64,000 bases of DNA from a virus (IMGVR_UViG_3300031857_000034:1-64000); one strand, 5' to 3'; shown: positions 18,773 through 27,890, counted from the first letter of the stretch. Made by a program: numbers and translations. Notes: a model not told the origin generated them from the sequence alone.

Positions 18773-19740
18773 ACTGTAACTTTTATCCTTGGCATCATCT
18801 CGCCCTCCGGAGCAAGTATGTATGGTTGATCTGATTTGATGTTAGGCAATAATTCTTCAATCGAAGTAAAATATTGTGCTGTTCGTCTTGGCACGCTCAT
18901 TATCAATAGACCATTGAATCCAGAATATGCCTGATAGTTGGCATATCCAACAGTGATAACAGCCTGTTTGATGTCTTGTGCTGAACCATTCATTAGGGCC
19001 CGAGCATACATACTATTGTCTACTTTGTTAAAAGTGGCCTGAGCAATAAGATCACATAATTTTTTCATCTGAGCTGGTTTTAGCCCAATTTTTTGTTTGA
19101 GATATTCACGTATCTGTAACCAAGCATTTACATTGACTCGCTGTGGTATATCAAATCCGCTGACATCCATGAGTGCTTCTCTTATGGCATTAAGGCTCAT
19201 ATTGGCTTTGCGCGGATTGATCCAACGTCCACCACTCTTCTGTTCAGTCTTGAGTTCTACAAAACCAACATCTTTTACCTCTAAATCTCCGCCGCCGGAT
19301 TCTTGCCCGGTAAATCGTATGTCTGGACTCATGATGCTGAATGCTAATTCTCCGGGACCAACACCTTGTTTAATAATTGGAACTAGATTGTTAAAAACAC
19401 GTTGCGGGAAACCGGGAGTTACAAATTGATCATAACCAACTTTGCTTTTACTAAACAAATTCTTGATATCAATAAAACCTTTGGAGTAATTGTCAGCAAA
19501 AGATAATTTTTCATCTACTGTGCCCTCAGTATTCAACACTACTTGTGTAAGTATATCCAAGAATTTTTTTGCATCAACATCCTGTTTCATTGCTGTGTTT
19601 ATTCTTCCAACAACATCGCTAGATTTGAGAGCATTGTAAACTTTGTTAAGCAGAGATTCATCATTGGTTTGATTTATCAAATCAGTGACAACTGCTTTGA
19701 GTTTTTGTGCATCTTCTACAATAATTTCGTGTGCTTTCAT
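18769..19740 (-). CDS. Putative internal head protein with a possible PD-(D/E)xK nuclease-like domain
   Basis: Starts MKAHEIIVED; GPGELA...GGDL.V....VELK motif; visibly AT-richer than neighbours. Confidence 0.55.
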   Translation of the reverse strand: MKAHEIIVEDAQKLKAVVTDLINQTNDESLLNKVYNALKSSDVVGRINTAMKQDVDAKKFLDILTQVVLNTEGTVDEKLSFADNYSKGFIDIKNLFSKSKVGYDQFVTPGFPQRVFNNLVPIIKQGVGPGELAFSIMSPDIRFTGQESGGGDLEVKDVGFVELKTEQKSGGRWINPRKANMSLNAIREALMDVSGFDIPQRVNVNAWLQIREYLKQKIGLKPAQMKKLCDLIAQATFNKVDNSMYARALMNGSAQDIKQAVITVGYANYQAYSGFNGLLIMSVPRRTAQYFTSIEELLPNIKSDQPYILAPEGEMMPRIKVTV

Positions 19741-20120
19741 TTCAACACACCTTTGACTGCTCTCACTGGACTTTTCTTTCCTGTGGTGGATGATTCTTCA
19801 CTTGCTGCTGTTGATAATTGCGTTGCGCCGCCCACGTTCATCATGGCCAAGGCTTTTTTCATCAACGCTACTTCGCTTTCATCGTAGGCAACAACAATCA
19901 TACCATCACCCCAGGGAGACTCTTTATGGAATGTATCGCTGCCTTCTTTTTCCAGTGCTTCTTTAGCGCCAGCACCTGCTAGTGCTACGCCATAGCGATA
20001 CTGCACGTATGAATTTTGATTAGGCAATCCCGGAATGATAAATGTGGATGGTAATGCGTCTGCTACGCCTGGTTGCAGACTGCCGTGAGCTTGCTCACTG
20101 ATAAACTCACGGGCACGCAT
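19737..20120 (-). CDS. Putative internal head protein, paralog C
   Basis: Starts MRAREFISEQ; YVQYRYGVALAGA; ends SPVRAVKG. Confidence 0.75.
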   Translation of the reverse strand: MRAREFISEQAHGSLQPGVADALPSTFIIPGLPNQNSYVQYRYGVALAGAGAKEALEKEGSDTFHKESPWGDGMIVVAYDESEVALMKKALAMMNVGGATQLSTAASEESSTTGKKSPVRAVKGVLK

Positions 20121-20121
20121 T

Positions 20122-20454
20122 TTAGATTATGGTTTGTCCACCAATGACACCGGCCAATGCTGAACTGGCTGTGCCTAACTCTGTGGCTGTGTATCCACTG
20201 CCTACGACGGTAACTTTGTTTTGAGCGCCGCAGTAGACATCGCGTGTGGTAGCAGCAGGAATCTGCATAGGAGTAGTATAAAGGTTTCCGGCGGGTGTGG
20301 TGTTGCCAATAACCACATTGGCATTGCCATAGATGCTGCCATCCACCAGAGCCACTTGATACACTTGATAAGTTACCGCGGTATTGGTGCTGATGCGTAG
20401 TTTATCGGTATAAACTGTTGCGTTGCTGAGACTGGTATAGACGTTGACTGCCAT
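20122..20454 (-). CDS. Hypothetical beta-rich (likely structural) protein
   Basis: SD AAGGA; Thr/Val/Gly-rich 110 aa. Confidence 0.7.
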   Translation of the reverse strand: MAVNVYTSLSNATVYTDKLRISTNTAVTYQVYQVALVDGSIYGNANVVIGNTTPAGNLYTTPMQIPAATTRDVYCGAQNKVTVVGSGYTATELGTASSALAGVIGGQTII

Positions 20455-20469
20455 TTTATTTTCCTTTGA

Positions 20470-21231
20470 TTACCAAGCGCGGCACGACCAATAACGTGCC
20501 TTCCAGCGCGGTCCTGGATTGTCACAGTTGTGTCTTGCACGGAAACTTTTACGACGCTTGGGATTTGACTTTTTGATCTTCATGTTGGGATCGCCAAAGT
20601 TGACCTTGACCACGTTGCCTTTAGGTCCACGAACATACACCTTGGATTTTTTTACATCACCCTGCATGGGCTTGCCCAGTTTGACTTTGCGACCACGATA
20701 CTCTGCTTCTTCTAAATCTGCACTGGTCATGGTACCTTCTTGATCGGCTGTGAGATCTTCCTTTTGGATCTGCGCCTGGGATAGGCCTTTACGTGCAAGA
20801 TGTCTTGCTTTATGTTTAATTACATTACCAAATTGATCTTTGTTTGTGATTTTTTCGTCGGGTGTGAAAGGAATGTCTTTGTCTGCTCGGCGATCGATTT
20901 CTGCTTGCTGAGCGTCAATTTCTTTTTGCAGACGATCAGCTTCGTCGCCGTACTCGCGAGCAGCGTCTCCTAAAGAACGACCTGACAGTGACTTGAATCT
21001 CGAATCAATTTTGCCTAATGCAGATTTTGCATCAGCAACATATCCATAGCCTTCCAACAATGCCACGCCACGATCGTCTAATTCTATAACAATACCGTCG
21101 TCAACACATTCAGTGATATAGCCAGAAATCAGCATTTCATCTCTAGCGATTTCAATTTCAAATACATCACCCACTGCTGGCTTGGTAAGATAATCTTCGG
21201 CTTCGGTGAGATAATCTTTTAGGCTGCGCAT
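20470..21231 (-). CDS. Putative internal head protein with a basic C-terminal domain
   Basis: Starts MRSLKDYLTEAE; C-terminal KVNFGDPNM...RRKSFRARHNC...ARYWSC domain after DLEE. Confidence 0.75.
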   Translation of the reverse strand: MRSLKDYLTEAEDYLTKPAVGDVFEIEIARDEMLISGYITECVDDGIVIELDDRGVALLEGYGYVADAKSALGKIDSRFKSLSGRSLGDAAREYGDEADRLQKEIDAQQAEIDRRADKDIPFTPDEKITNKDQFGNVIKHKARHLARKGLSQAQIQKEDLTADQEGTMTSADLEEAEYRGRKVKLGKPMQGDVKKSKVYVRGPKGNVVKVNFGDPNMKIKKSNPKRRKSFRARHNCDNPGPRWKARYWSCRAW

Positions 21232-23963
21232 TATCCTGCTTGTCCTTTAAGCGTGGTAATATCGTTGTCTCCTTTGTAGCCTTTGGCATACTGAAGTTTC
21301 ATACCATTGAGACCGCCACTGAGACGATTGACCAACTCATCAACATCGCCGTATTCTGTAGCGTCTGCTGTATTACCTGAATTTTCTTCTGTTACTGCTT
21401 CTTCTGCACAGGTACTGGGATCGTATTTTTGATACATCTCGCGGCCCATACCAGCCATCTTAAGCAGTTCAACTAAACTATGTGCATCATCCTGCGTGGC
21501 TGTGACTGTAACTGTGTCGTCGCCTGCGCTGCTTTGATTGGTGCTGACTGTAATGTCTTCGGCAACCATTTGCTGGAACTGACTTTCATAAGATTCGTAG
21601 ACACCTTTGCCATAGTAGCCGGACTTGGATGTTTCTGACTCATCGACCTTTTCTTCTTTGTCGTCTTTGTCCTCGTCTTTTTCTTTGCTATCTTTTTTGT
21701 CGTCGTACTCGATGTCTTTCTTGACTTCTTCGCCATCTTCTTCTGCGTCGTCGTCGCGCTTTTCAGCATCAGTTTTGTCGTGATCACGTTTGTCGTCGTA
21801 CTCCACATCTTTGGCTACTTTTTCAGCAGCCTTTTCTGCTTTGTCGTCTTTTTCGGCATCACTTTCTTCCTTGACTGGCATACCAGCCAATGCTTTCATG
21901 CGCTCCAACACAGCAATGGTTTCGTCGATTTCTTTGGTGCTGAAATCCTGACCAAAAGCCTTGAATGTATCTTTGCCAGATTTTTCGGCTTGTGCATCCT
22001 GCTGTTTAAGATATTCGCCTTTGCTGACTTCGTCGAGATCGGTTTCTTTGACTGAACCGCGAGACACATGAGCCACAGCTCGGTTTACGAAATCATCTAT
22101 GCTGTCTTCGTCGCTTCCGAAAGGTTGTTGCTGTTTCAACCATTTGTTCAATATAGGATCTTTGGCACGAGACTCTTGGGGGTCGAAGGCCTGCATGTTG
22201 GGATCATACTGCAGATGTATCTCAGTGCCATTGAACATGATCTGTGAAGTCATCTCATCGTCGCCCAGCACATAGGTGTATCGGTTGCCTTTGTCGGTGA
22301 CAAAGGTCTCGGTAGAAGCTTCTTTCACAGGCAATTCAAGTGCCATGTCTTTGGCTCGTTGTAGCACACGCTGACCAGGATCTTTGATGTCTTTTTTATA
22401 ATCCTGTGTCATGGTTTTGGTCAATGTGGGATCGCCTGGTTGCTGCCAAGGTAAATCTTTGCCTGACAGGATACCTTCGTCCATGTCTGCATTTTTCTTC
22501 TTCCACGCTGTGGCATAAGCGATGGATTTTTCTTGTGGCGTTAGTTTGCCATCTTTGGCATAGCCTTGTTTGATATGCTTGACCATGCGCTCATACTTGT
22601 CACCCGGAGGTGCTTTTTCTGTCATAGGAGCAGCAAAGGCAGCAACTTCAACACCTTCGACCAGGGCCTGACATTTAACAGCATTGCCATTGAACGCAAC
22701 ACCAGGATAAGCTGCACGGATTTCACGCTTCCACGAAGGATACGATTCCGCTATCATCATGTTGGCTGCTTCGATTCCTTCTTTGACTGTGCGACTAAAT
22801 TTTTCGCCGCCTTTCATGCCCCAGGTTGTGCCTTTGTGTTTGGGAAGTTTGTATTGACTGGCCTTGGGAGCTTTGCCGCCCCAGGGTAAACTTGCAGAAG
22901 TTTTTTCAGATTCTTTTTTCTTGGGACGACCGCGGCCACGTGGCTCATCTGATTGTTCATCTTCGTCATCGTCTTTGTCATTTTCCCAGTCTATCTCTTT
23001 GGCCTTGTGTTTGATACCAGTGGCTGTTTTAGTCACGGTGCCACCTTTGTGAGTCTTTTCTTGTTCGCCAAGTGTGACTCCTGCTGCGTTACGACCGTCA
23101 TCGCCGGTGTCGGGCATATTGACATTGGCCTCACCTAGGGGAGGATCATAGGCTCCCATTTCATCATTGCTCTGTGGATCGGTGACCATGCCTGCTTCAT
23201 CCATCTTGTCATAGCGTGTGCGAATCTTGGCCATGGTCTCTTTGCTAGCGTGGTCACGTCCGGCTTTTTGCAAAGCTTTCATGCCTTCCTCGCCATATTT
23301 TTTCTTGCCGAGATATGCTTGTAGTGCAGATTCATCCATGGTATCTTCGCCCACAGATTCTTTGGCACGTAGTTTGGCCAACACAGCACCTGCTACTCTT
23401 TCACCGGCTTCTTTGCTGCCATAGCGCTCACCGGCTGACTTTGCAATTTTACTAAAATTCTTGCCAGGCTTGCCAATGTCTTTTCCAGCACTGGCCTTCT
23501 TGGCGCTGTAACCAACTTCAGCCACAGGTGTTAGATTCAATCCACCCGAATAGTTTTCATTCAGGATAGACTTTGTGCGGTTTATGCTTTCCACAAGGCT
23601 ATCTGCTTGATTGGCCATGGTGCCCGAGGGTGTGATCATGGTGATACCAGCGTGCTTGAGTATGCCTCTGAGTTCAGGCGATTCTTTAACTTCTTTTTTG
23701 TCTGCTGCGGCTTTCTTCATGGATTCTTTTTTGTCGCCGTCTTTGTCAAGATCCAAGAAGTCCGGCTTGTCGCCTTCCATGACTTCGCCTTCGGGGCACT
23801 CGCAGTGGCTTTCATACATACCGCATTCGTTGCAGGTTTCACCATGCACACCTTCGCTCACAGTCTTGAAACCATATGCCTGAGTGTTGTTGGCCGCATC
23901 ACGATAGTGAGGATCTTTTTCAGCAATGGCTTTGAGTTTGTCTAATACGTTGTAAATGTTCAT
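21231..23963 (-). CDS. Large modular charged protein, putative protease-processed head polyprotein
   Basis: 910 aa, D/E/K-rich; short modules separated by (L/V/M/I)-x-E-(S/A/G) motifs; contains DxDxDG and GRGRP motifs. Confidence 0.75.
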   Translation of the reverse strand: MNIYNVLDKLKAIAEKDPHYRDAANNTQAYGFKTVSEGVHGETCNECGMYESHCECPEGEVMEGDKPDFLDLDKDGDKKESMKKAAADKKEVKESPELRGILKHAGITMITPSGTMANQADSLVESINRTKSILNENYSGGLNLTPVAEVGYSAKKASAGKDIGKPGKNFSKIAKSAGERYGSKEAGERVAGAVLAKLRAKESVGEDTMDESALQAYLGKKKYGEEGMKALQKAGRDHASKETMAKIRTRYDKMDEAGMVTDPQSNDEMGAYDPPLGEANVNMPDTGDDGRNAAGVTLGEQEKTHKGGTVTKTATGIKHKAKEIDWENDKDDDEDEQSDEPRGRGRPKKKESEKTSASLPWGGKAPKASQYKLPKHKGTTWGMKGGEKFSRTVKEGIEAANMMIAESYPSWKREIRAAYPGVAFNGNAVKCQALVEGVEVAAFAAPMTEKAPPGDKYERMVKHIKQGYAKDGKLTPQEKSIAYATAWKKKNADMDEGILSGKDLPWQQPGDPTLTKTMTQDYKKDIKDPGQRVLQRAKDMALELPVKEASTETFVTDKGNRYTYVLGDDEMTSQIMFNGTEIHLQYDPNMQAFDPQESRAKDPILNKWLKQQQPFGSDEDSIDDFVNRAVAHVSRGSVKETDLDEVSKGEYLKQQDAQAEKSGKDTFKAFGQDFSTKEIDETIAVLERMKALAGMPVKEESDAEKDDKAEKAAEKVAKDVEYDDKRDHDKTDAEKRDDDAEEDGEEVKKDIEYDDKKDSKEKDEDKDDKEEKVDESETSKSGYYGKGVYESYESQFQQMVAEDITVSTNQSSAGDDTVTVTATQDDAHSLVELLKMAGMGREMYQKYDPSTCAEEAVTEENSGNTADATEYGDVDELVNRLSGGLNGMKLQYAKGYKGDNDITTLKGQAG

Positions 23964-23965
23964 GA

Positions 23966-24598
23966 TTATTTTCCTACGTTGATGGTCATATCGCCGGCAC
24001 GCATTTTGGCAGGGCGGCTTACTCGACTGAAAGGACTGGTATTGTCCTGTGGCAAGTCATTGGTGGTTTTTGCTTTGGGTGTTTTACCACCGGCTACTTC
24101 AAACTTTGCACCGTCTTTGGCTGCTTCTGCTGCCATGGCAGCATCTCTAGTGGCATAGCGTTTGCTGAGTTCTTTTTGCTCGGCACTGGGTGCGCCTAGA
24201 TCTGTGGTCATTAACAAAGAATCTTTTTCGCTGGTTTTTTCTGTATCCAACTGTCCTTCGGCATCCTTTTCAATGCTGTCGTCCCACTTGCGATCCACTA
24301 CCACGATGTTGGCAGTTGGCACACCGCACAAGTGAACCTGCTGCTGGATCTCATCTAGGCTGGCCGGATACTTGAATGTAAAATCAATAATGTTGATTTC
24401 GATGTTTTTCAAGCCAGGAAAATCCGAAGGTGTGGCCAGGATAGGCGTTTTTTTGGCCGTGCTCATTGACACCACATCGTACTTGTCTAGGCGTTGCTTG
24501 ATATCTGCCTGGCATTTGGCATCCAGTTCACCGGCAATTTTTATGCGGTAACTGAACTCCCTGGCATCTTCTATTAGGTATTCTTTAAAACTTTTCAT
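23966..24598 (-). CDS. Putative internal head protein
   Basis: Starts MKSFKEYLIED; CTAAATA upstream at about 24621-24627. Confidence 0.75.
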   Translation of the reverse strand: MKSFKEYLIEDAREFSYRIKIAGELDAKCQADIKQRLDKYDVVSMSTAKKTPILATPSDFPGLKNIEINIIDFTFKYPASLDEIQQQVHLCGVPTANIVVVDRKWDDSIEKDAEGQLDTEKTSEKDSLLMTTDLGAPSAEQKELSKRYATRDAAMAAEAAKDGAKFEVAGGKTPKAKTTNDLPQDNTSPFSRVSRPAKMRAGDMTINVGK

Positions 24599-24632
24599 AG
24601 GTCATTCCTAGTTTATGATTTATTTAGCGTTT

Positions 24633-25136
24633 TTAATGTTTTACTTCGCCTTCTTTTAGCCTACGCATGAGTTCGTTGCGATCTAAAATCACGCCTTCTG
24701 CTGTGGGTATAGCAGCCTGTCCGCTGACTGAGTCTTCTGATTGACGCAGTTGATCGCCTTTGAGTTTGGCGTGTTTGAGTTGCAGGTCGATTTGACGCAG
24801 TTTTTTGTTTACTTTGGCTGTTTTGGCAGTGATAGCGTGGCCCAACATGGTACCAGCCACAGCAAATATCTCACTTGCATATCTGCTGTCCACTTGCATG
24901 CCTAGATTCATCAAATCTTCGTAGCTTTCTTTGGCCAAGCCCACCAACTCGTCAATTTCAGTGTCGGCTGCTTCCAGGCCCTTGACAGCAGGCAGGGCCG
25001 ACTCTATGCGTTCCAAGTTGGCCAACGCTGTGGCAGTAACGGGCACATCTTCTGATTCGATCTGTACAGCAGGAGTTTCCACCACGGTTTCTTCGTCCTG
25101 CGGTAATTCAAACAATTCTTCTAATTTTTTGGTCAC
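24633..25136 (-). CDS. Probable terminase small subunit (T4 gp16-like)
   Basis: 167 aa with a helical hairpin (AKESYEDLMNLGMQVDSRYASEIFAVAGTML) and C-terminal DRNELM; coupled to gp4. The assignment is inferred. Confidence 0.5.
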   Translation of the reverse strand: MTKKLEELFELPQDEETVVETPAVQIESEDVPVTATALANLERIESALPAVKGLEAADTEIDELVGLAKESYEDLMNLGMQVDSRYASEIFAVAGTMLGHAITAKTAKVNKKLRQIDLQLKHAKLKGDQLRQSEDSVSGQAAIPTAEGVILDRNELMRRLKEGEVKH

Positions 25137-25567
25137 CTACGACCTCCTTGATAAAATATGTCTTCTTCTGTGACTACCCTAAAAGTCAAACCCTGTCTGC
25201 GGCACCACTTGGTAGCAGCGTCCCACTTGGCATAGTTGATGGCCACAGTCAAGCGTTCTCTATTGCTGGCCTTGCTTTCAATGATGCTTTGCTTCTTGGG
25301 CTTGATTTCCACTACCTCAGTGCAGATTTGATTTTTCTTGTTCAGATACTGCACCAGAAAATCAGGCACATATATGGTCTGCTTGCCTGTCACGGGGTTT
25401 TGATAAGGAATGCGTATGCTTTCGCTGGCCCATTTGATGATGTTTTTGTTGTTGTCGCAGAAGTTCATAAAACTCAACTCCCAGCCCGAACGATATCTGG
25501 GACGACCTAGGCCTACGTACTTGTCGGGATTTTGGGGTACAAATTCCCCTTGAGCAAACTTGGACAT
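25133..25567 (-). CDS. Head completion nuclease (T4 gp4-like, TnsA-type)
   Basis: F.PQNPDKY.G, YRSGWE, W.SE, Y.PDF, EIKP, N.AKW.AA, F.V.TE. Confidence 0.9.
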   Translation of the reverse strand: MSKFAQGEFVPQNPDKYVGLGRPRYRSGWELSFMNFCDNNKNIIKWASESIRIPYQNPVTGKQTIYVPDFLVQYLNKKNQICTEVVEIKPKKQSIIESKASNRERLTVAINYAKWDAATKWCRRQGLTFRVVTEEDIFYQGGRR

Positions 25568-25568
25568 T

Positions 25569-25958
25569 TCAATCTAGTATGGTCCTGGTCACGTAGTAGT
25601 TACTGCTGAACTTGCGCACAGTACCCAACAGTGTGCTGGTGCTTTGGATTTGATTCAACCAATAGGCCATTAGCGTGTCAATGGTTATGCCCTGGCTGTT
25701 GTTGATCTGCTGTAACAGATCTTGAACAGTGATGTTTTCACCGTTGCTTTGGAAATTTGCTGCAATCCTAAAAAGATTGTCTGTAAATGCGGCAGCGGCT
25801 TGTTTGTTGTTGGTATTTTTTTCAAAATAACCCAAAGTATAATCATAGGTATCTTGATCTACACCATAACCATAGATGCCGTCGTAGGCAGCATTAAACT
25901 GCTGATACACAGCACTGGTTCGATCTTTCACATTGTCTGGGTTGTTTACGCTAGGCAT
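25569..25958 (-). CDS. Hypothetical late protein
   Basis: TAAATA 5 nt upstream of ATG; lies in the tail/head cluster. Confidence 0.7.
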   Translation of the reverse strand: MPSVNNPDNVKDRTSAVYQQFNAAYDGIYGYGVDQDTYDYTLGYFEKNTNNKQAAAAFTDNLFRIAANFQSNGENITVQDLLQQINNSQGITIDTLMAYWLNQIQSTSTLLGTVRKFSSNYYVTRTILD

Positions 25959-25995
25959 ATGAATATTTACCTTGTGTATTTTACCAAACTAAGGA

Positions 25996-27174
25996 TTAGT
26001 TGCCGCCACTGATTCTAGGTGTGTTGGTCTGCGGAACAGTATTGGTATTGTTGCCTTTGGGCGGTGTGGGAAAGAAAGAGCTTAGGGTTTTGTTGATGGC
26101 TGGTACTTGATTTCTTATCACTGTTTCGACCCCTTGACTCAAGACCTGGGTGCCAACCTGTGTGACTTCTTGCTTGGCAATAGATTTTAAACTTTTATCT
26201 TTGAATGTCTGATATGTGCGCACACCTTGCAGAACAGCACCAATGGGGTTGCCTGCTGCCAGGTCATTCAGTATGCCTTGTCCTGCATCAATCAATCCGC
26301 CTTTGCCTAATATGGTAGCATTGCCACCGGGTCTGGTAATGGCGCTGGAAACTTGATCATAGTCAGCAGTTTGCCCAAATGCTGGAGGTGCGCCGGCTTT
26401 GGTAGCACCGTTTAATGCGCCCGAATAGTACTTGACCAATTCATACTTGATGGTCATGGTATTCTGCATGGTTTCGCCGCCGGCGGCATAATCGTAAGTA
26501 TCGTGTGCAAAATCCGTGATCACAGGATTTATCAATGTGTAGGCACTGTAGTTGTGCTGATTGAATCCAAAGATAGTGATGTCATTGAAGAAGTTGGTTG
26601 ACGCACCAGGTTGTTTCTGTAGTGGTGATCCTCGTCCTTCGCCTACCAAACCAAAGTCTCCAATCTGGCGCTCGCCTGCATAGATGTCGTTTGAGTTGTA
26701 ACTAAATCCTGCAAATGTTGGATCTGATCCGGCGCTGCCGTTGCTGGCGGGAATTCCGTTGTAACTGTATTGGCTGTCTTTGATATAATACTGATAATAG
26801 GCATACCACATCTGACGAACTAGATCACTGTTGTCATCGTGAAAAGTTATTTGAACAGGATTGTAATTGATCTTGGTATTGGCATAGCGTTTGCGATTGT
26901 ACTGATTGAGTTCTTCTACTTGAAATTGATAACTGGGCAATTGCACGCTCTTGACTGTTTTGCTGATAGTGGTATTGGCTTCTCCCAGCAGTTGCGTGAT
27001 TCCTGGAATTTGGCCGTTGATGTTGAACACACAATGGAATAGAAACTTGACCTTGGGCGCATAAGCAAATGCGTTAGGTACAAATGTTTTTGATGCGTGT
27101 TGATAGTCCTTGAGCTGAGGACCGGTGATCCCGCTCAAGAACCCTTTTATGAAGTCATTACCGAAGGCCATCAA
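25996..27174 (-). CDS. Tail tube-fold baseplate protein (gp54/gp48-like)
   Basis: VKSVQLPS...NQYNRKR...I.Y.PV.ITFHDD...TMTIKYE tube-like fold; follows the tube gene. Confidence 0.7.
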   Translation of the reverse strand: MMAFGNDFIKGFLSGITGPQLKDYQHASKTFVPNAFAYAPKVKFLFHCVFNINGQIPGITQLLGEANTTISKTVKSVQLPSYQFQVEELNQYNRKRYANTKINYNPVQITFHDDNSDLVRQMWYAYYQYYIKDSQYSYNGIPASNGSAGSDPTFAGFSYNSNDIYAGERQIGDFGLVGEGRGSPLQKQPGASTNFFNDITIFGFNQHNYSAYTLINPVITDFAHDTYDYAAGGETMQNTMTIKYELVKYYSGALNGATKAGAPPAFGQTADYDQVSSAITRPGGNATILGKGGLIDAGQGILNDLAAGNPIGAVLQGVRTYQTFKDKSLKSIAKQEVTQVGTQVLSQGVETVIRNQVPAINKTLSSFFPTPPKGNNTNTVPQTNTPRISGGN

Positions 27175-27185
27175 GCCCTCCTAGA

Positions 27186-27845
27186 TTAGCCGCCAGTTTG
27201 ACCTGCGCCAGTTATAGAACCAAGAGCTCTACTGACTGCTCCGCCCAACTGTTGACCAACGCCGCCGCCTGATGTGGGATCAACGCCTTGCAGTGCATTA
27301 TCAAATCTAATGCTTAGAGAAATTGTTACTGGCTCACTGGAACCATAGTTCAAATCGTTGTAGTTGGCACTGGCTAGATAGCAGCCCAGCAAGTTCCAGG
27401 TTTCCAATACCACTGGCTCAAGAGCACCGTTGCCGCCATCCAGTATTTCACACTGCATGGAAAACTTGTAGTTTACACCAGCTGTGGCACTGGCCTGCTC
27501 ATAAAAATCCAATTGTTTCTGCAGTTGCTCGCCTACTAATCTTGTAACCGAACCCGAAGCATCATCGCGAACGTTCAATGTGGTGGCTTCCCATGAATGT
27601 TTTCCTGGCAGATAAACTGTGGAATTGTAAATAGGAATAGTCATTTCTTCAAATGACACACTGGGTCTAGCAAAGTCAATGACCTGCTTGGTCAACTCTG
27701 TGGTTGCTGTTGTAACACCAAAGCCGTAGAGTAGTACACGGAATCGGTACTTGAGCTTGGGCATCAACAGGCCTTGATTACCCTGACCTTCGATAGGTAC
27801 TGTTAGGTTCTGCAAGCTCTGTACGGTCTGTGATGAAAGTGGCAT
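27186..27845 (-). CDS. Tail tube protein (T4 gp19-like)
   Basis: YRFRV, RPSVSF, GK.SW...TLNVRDD, W.L.GC, ISLSIRFD; directly after the sheath. Confidence 0.88.
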   Translation of the reverse strand: MPLSSQTVQSLQNLTVPIEGQGNQGLLMPKLKYRFRVLLYGFGVTTATTELTKQVIDFARPSVSFEEMTIPIYNSTVYLPGKHSWEATTLNVRDDASGSVTRLVGEQLQKQLDFYEQASATAGVNYKFSMQCEILDGGNGALEPVVLETWNLLGCYLASANYNDLNYGSSEPVTISLSIRFDNALQGVDPTSGGGVGQQLGGAVSRALGSITGAGQTGG

Positions 27846-27890
27846 TTCGATTTCTCCTGTTACTGTTATTTAGCCCTGGGTCTGGAAGCT

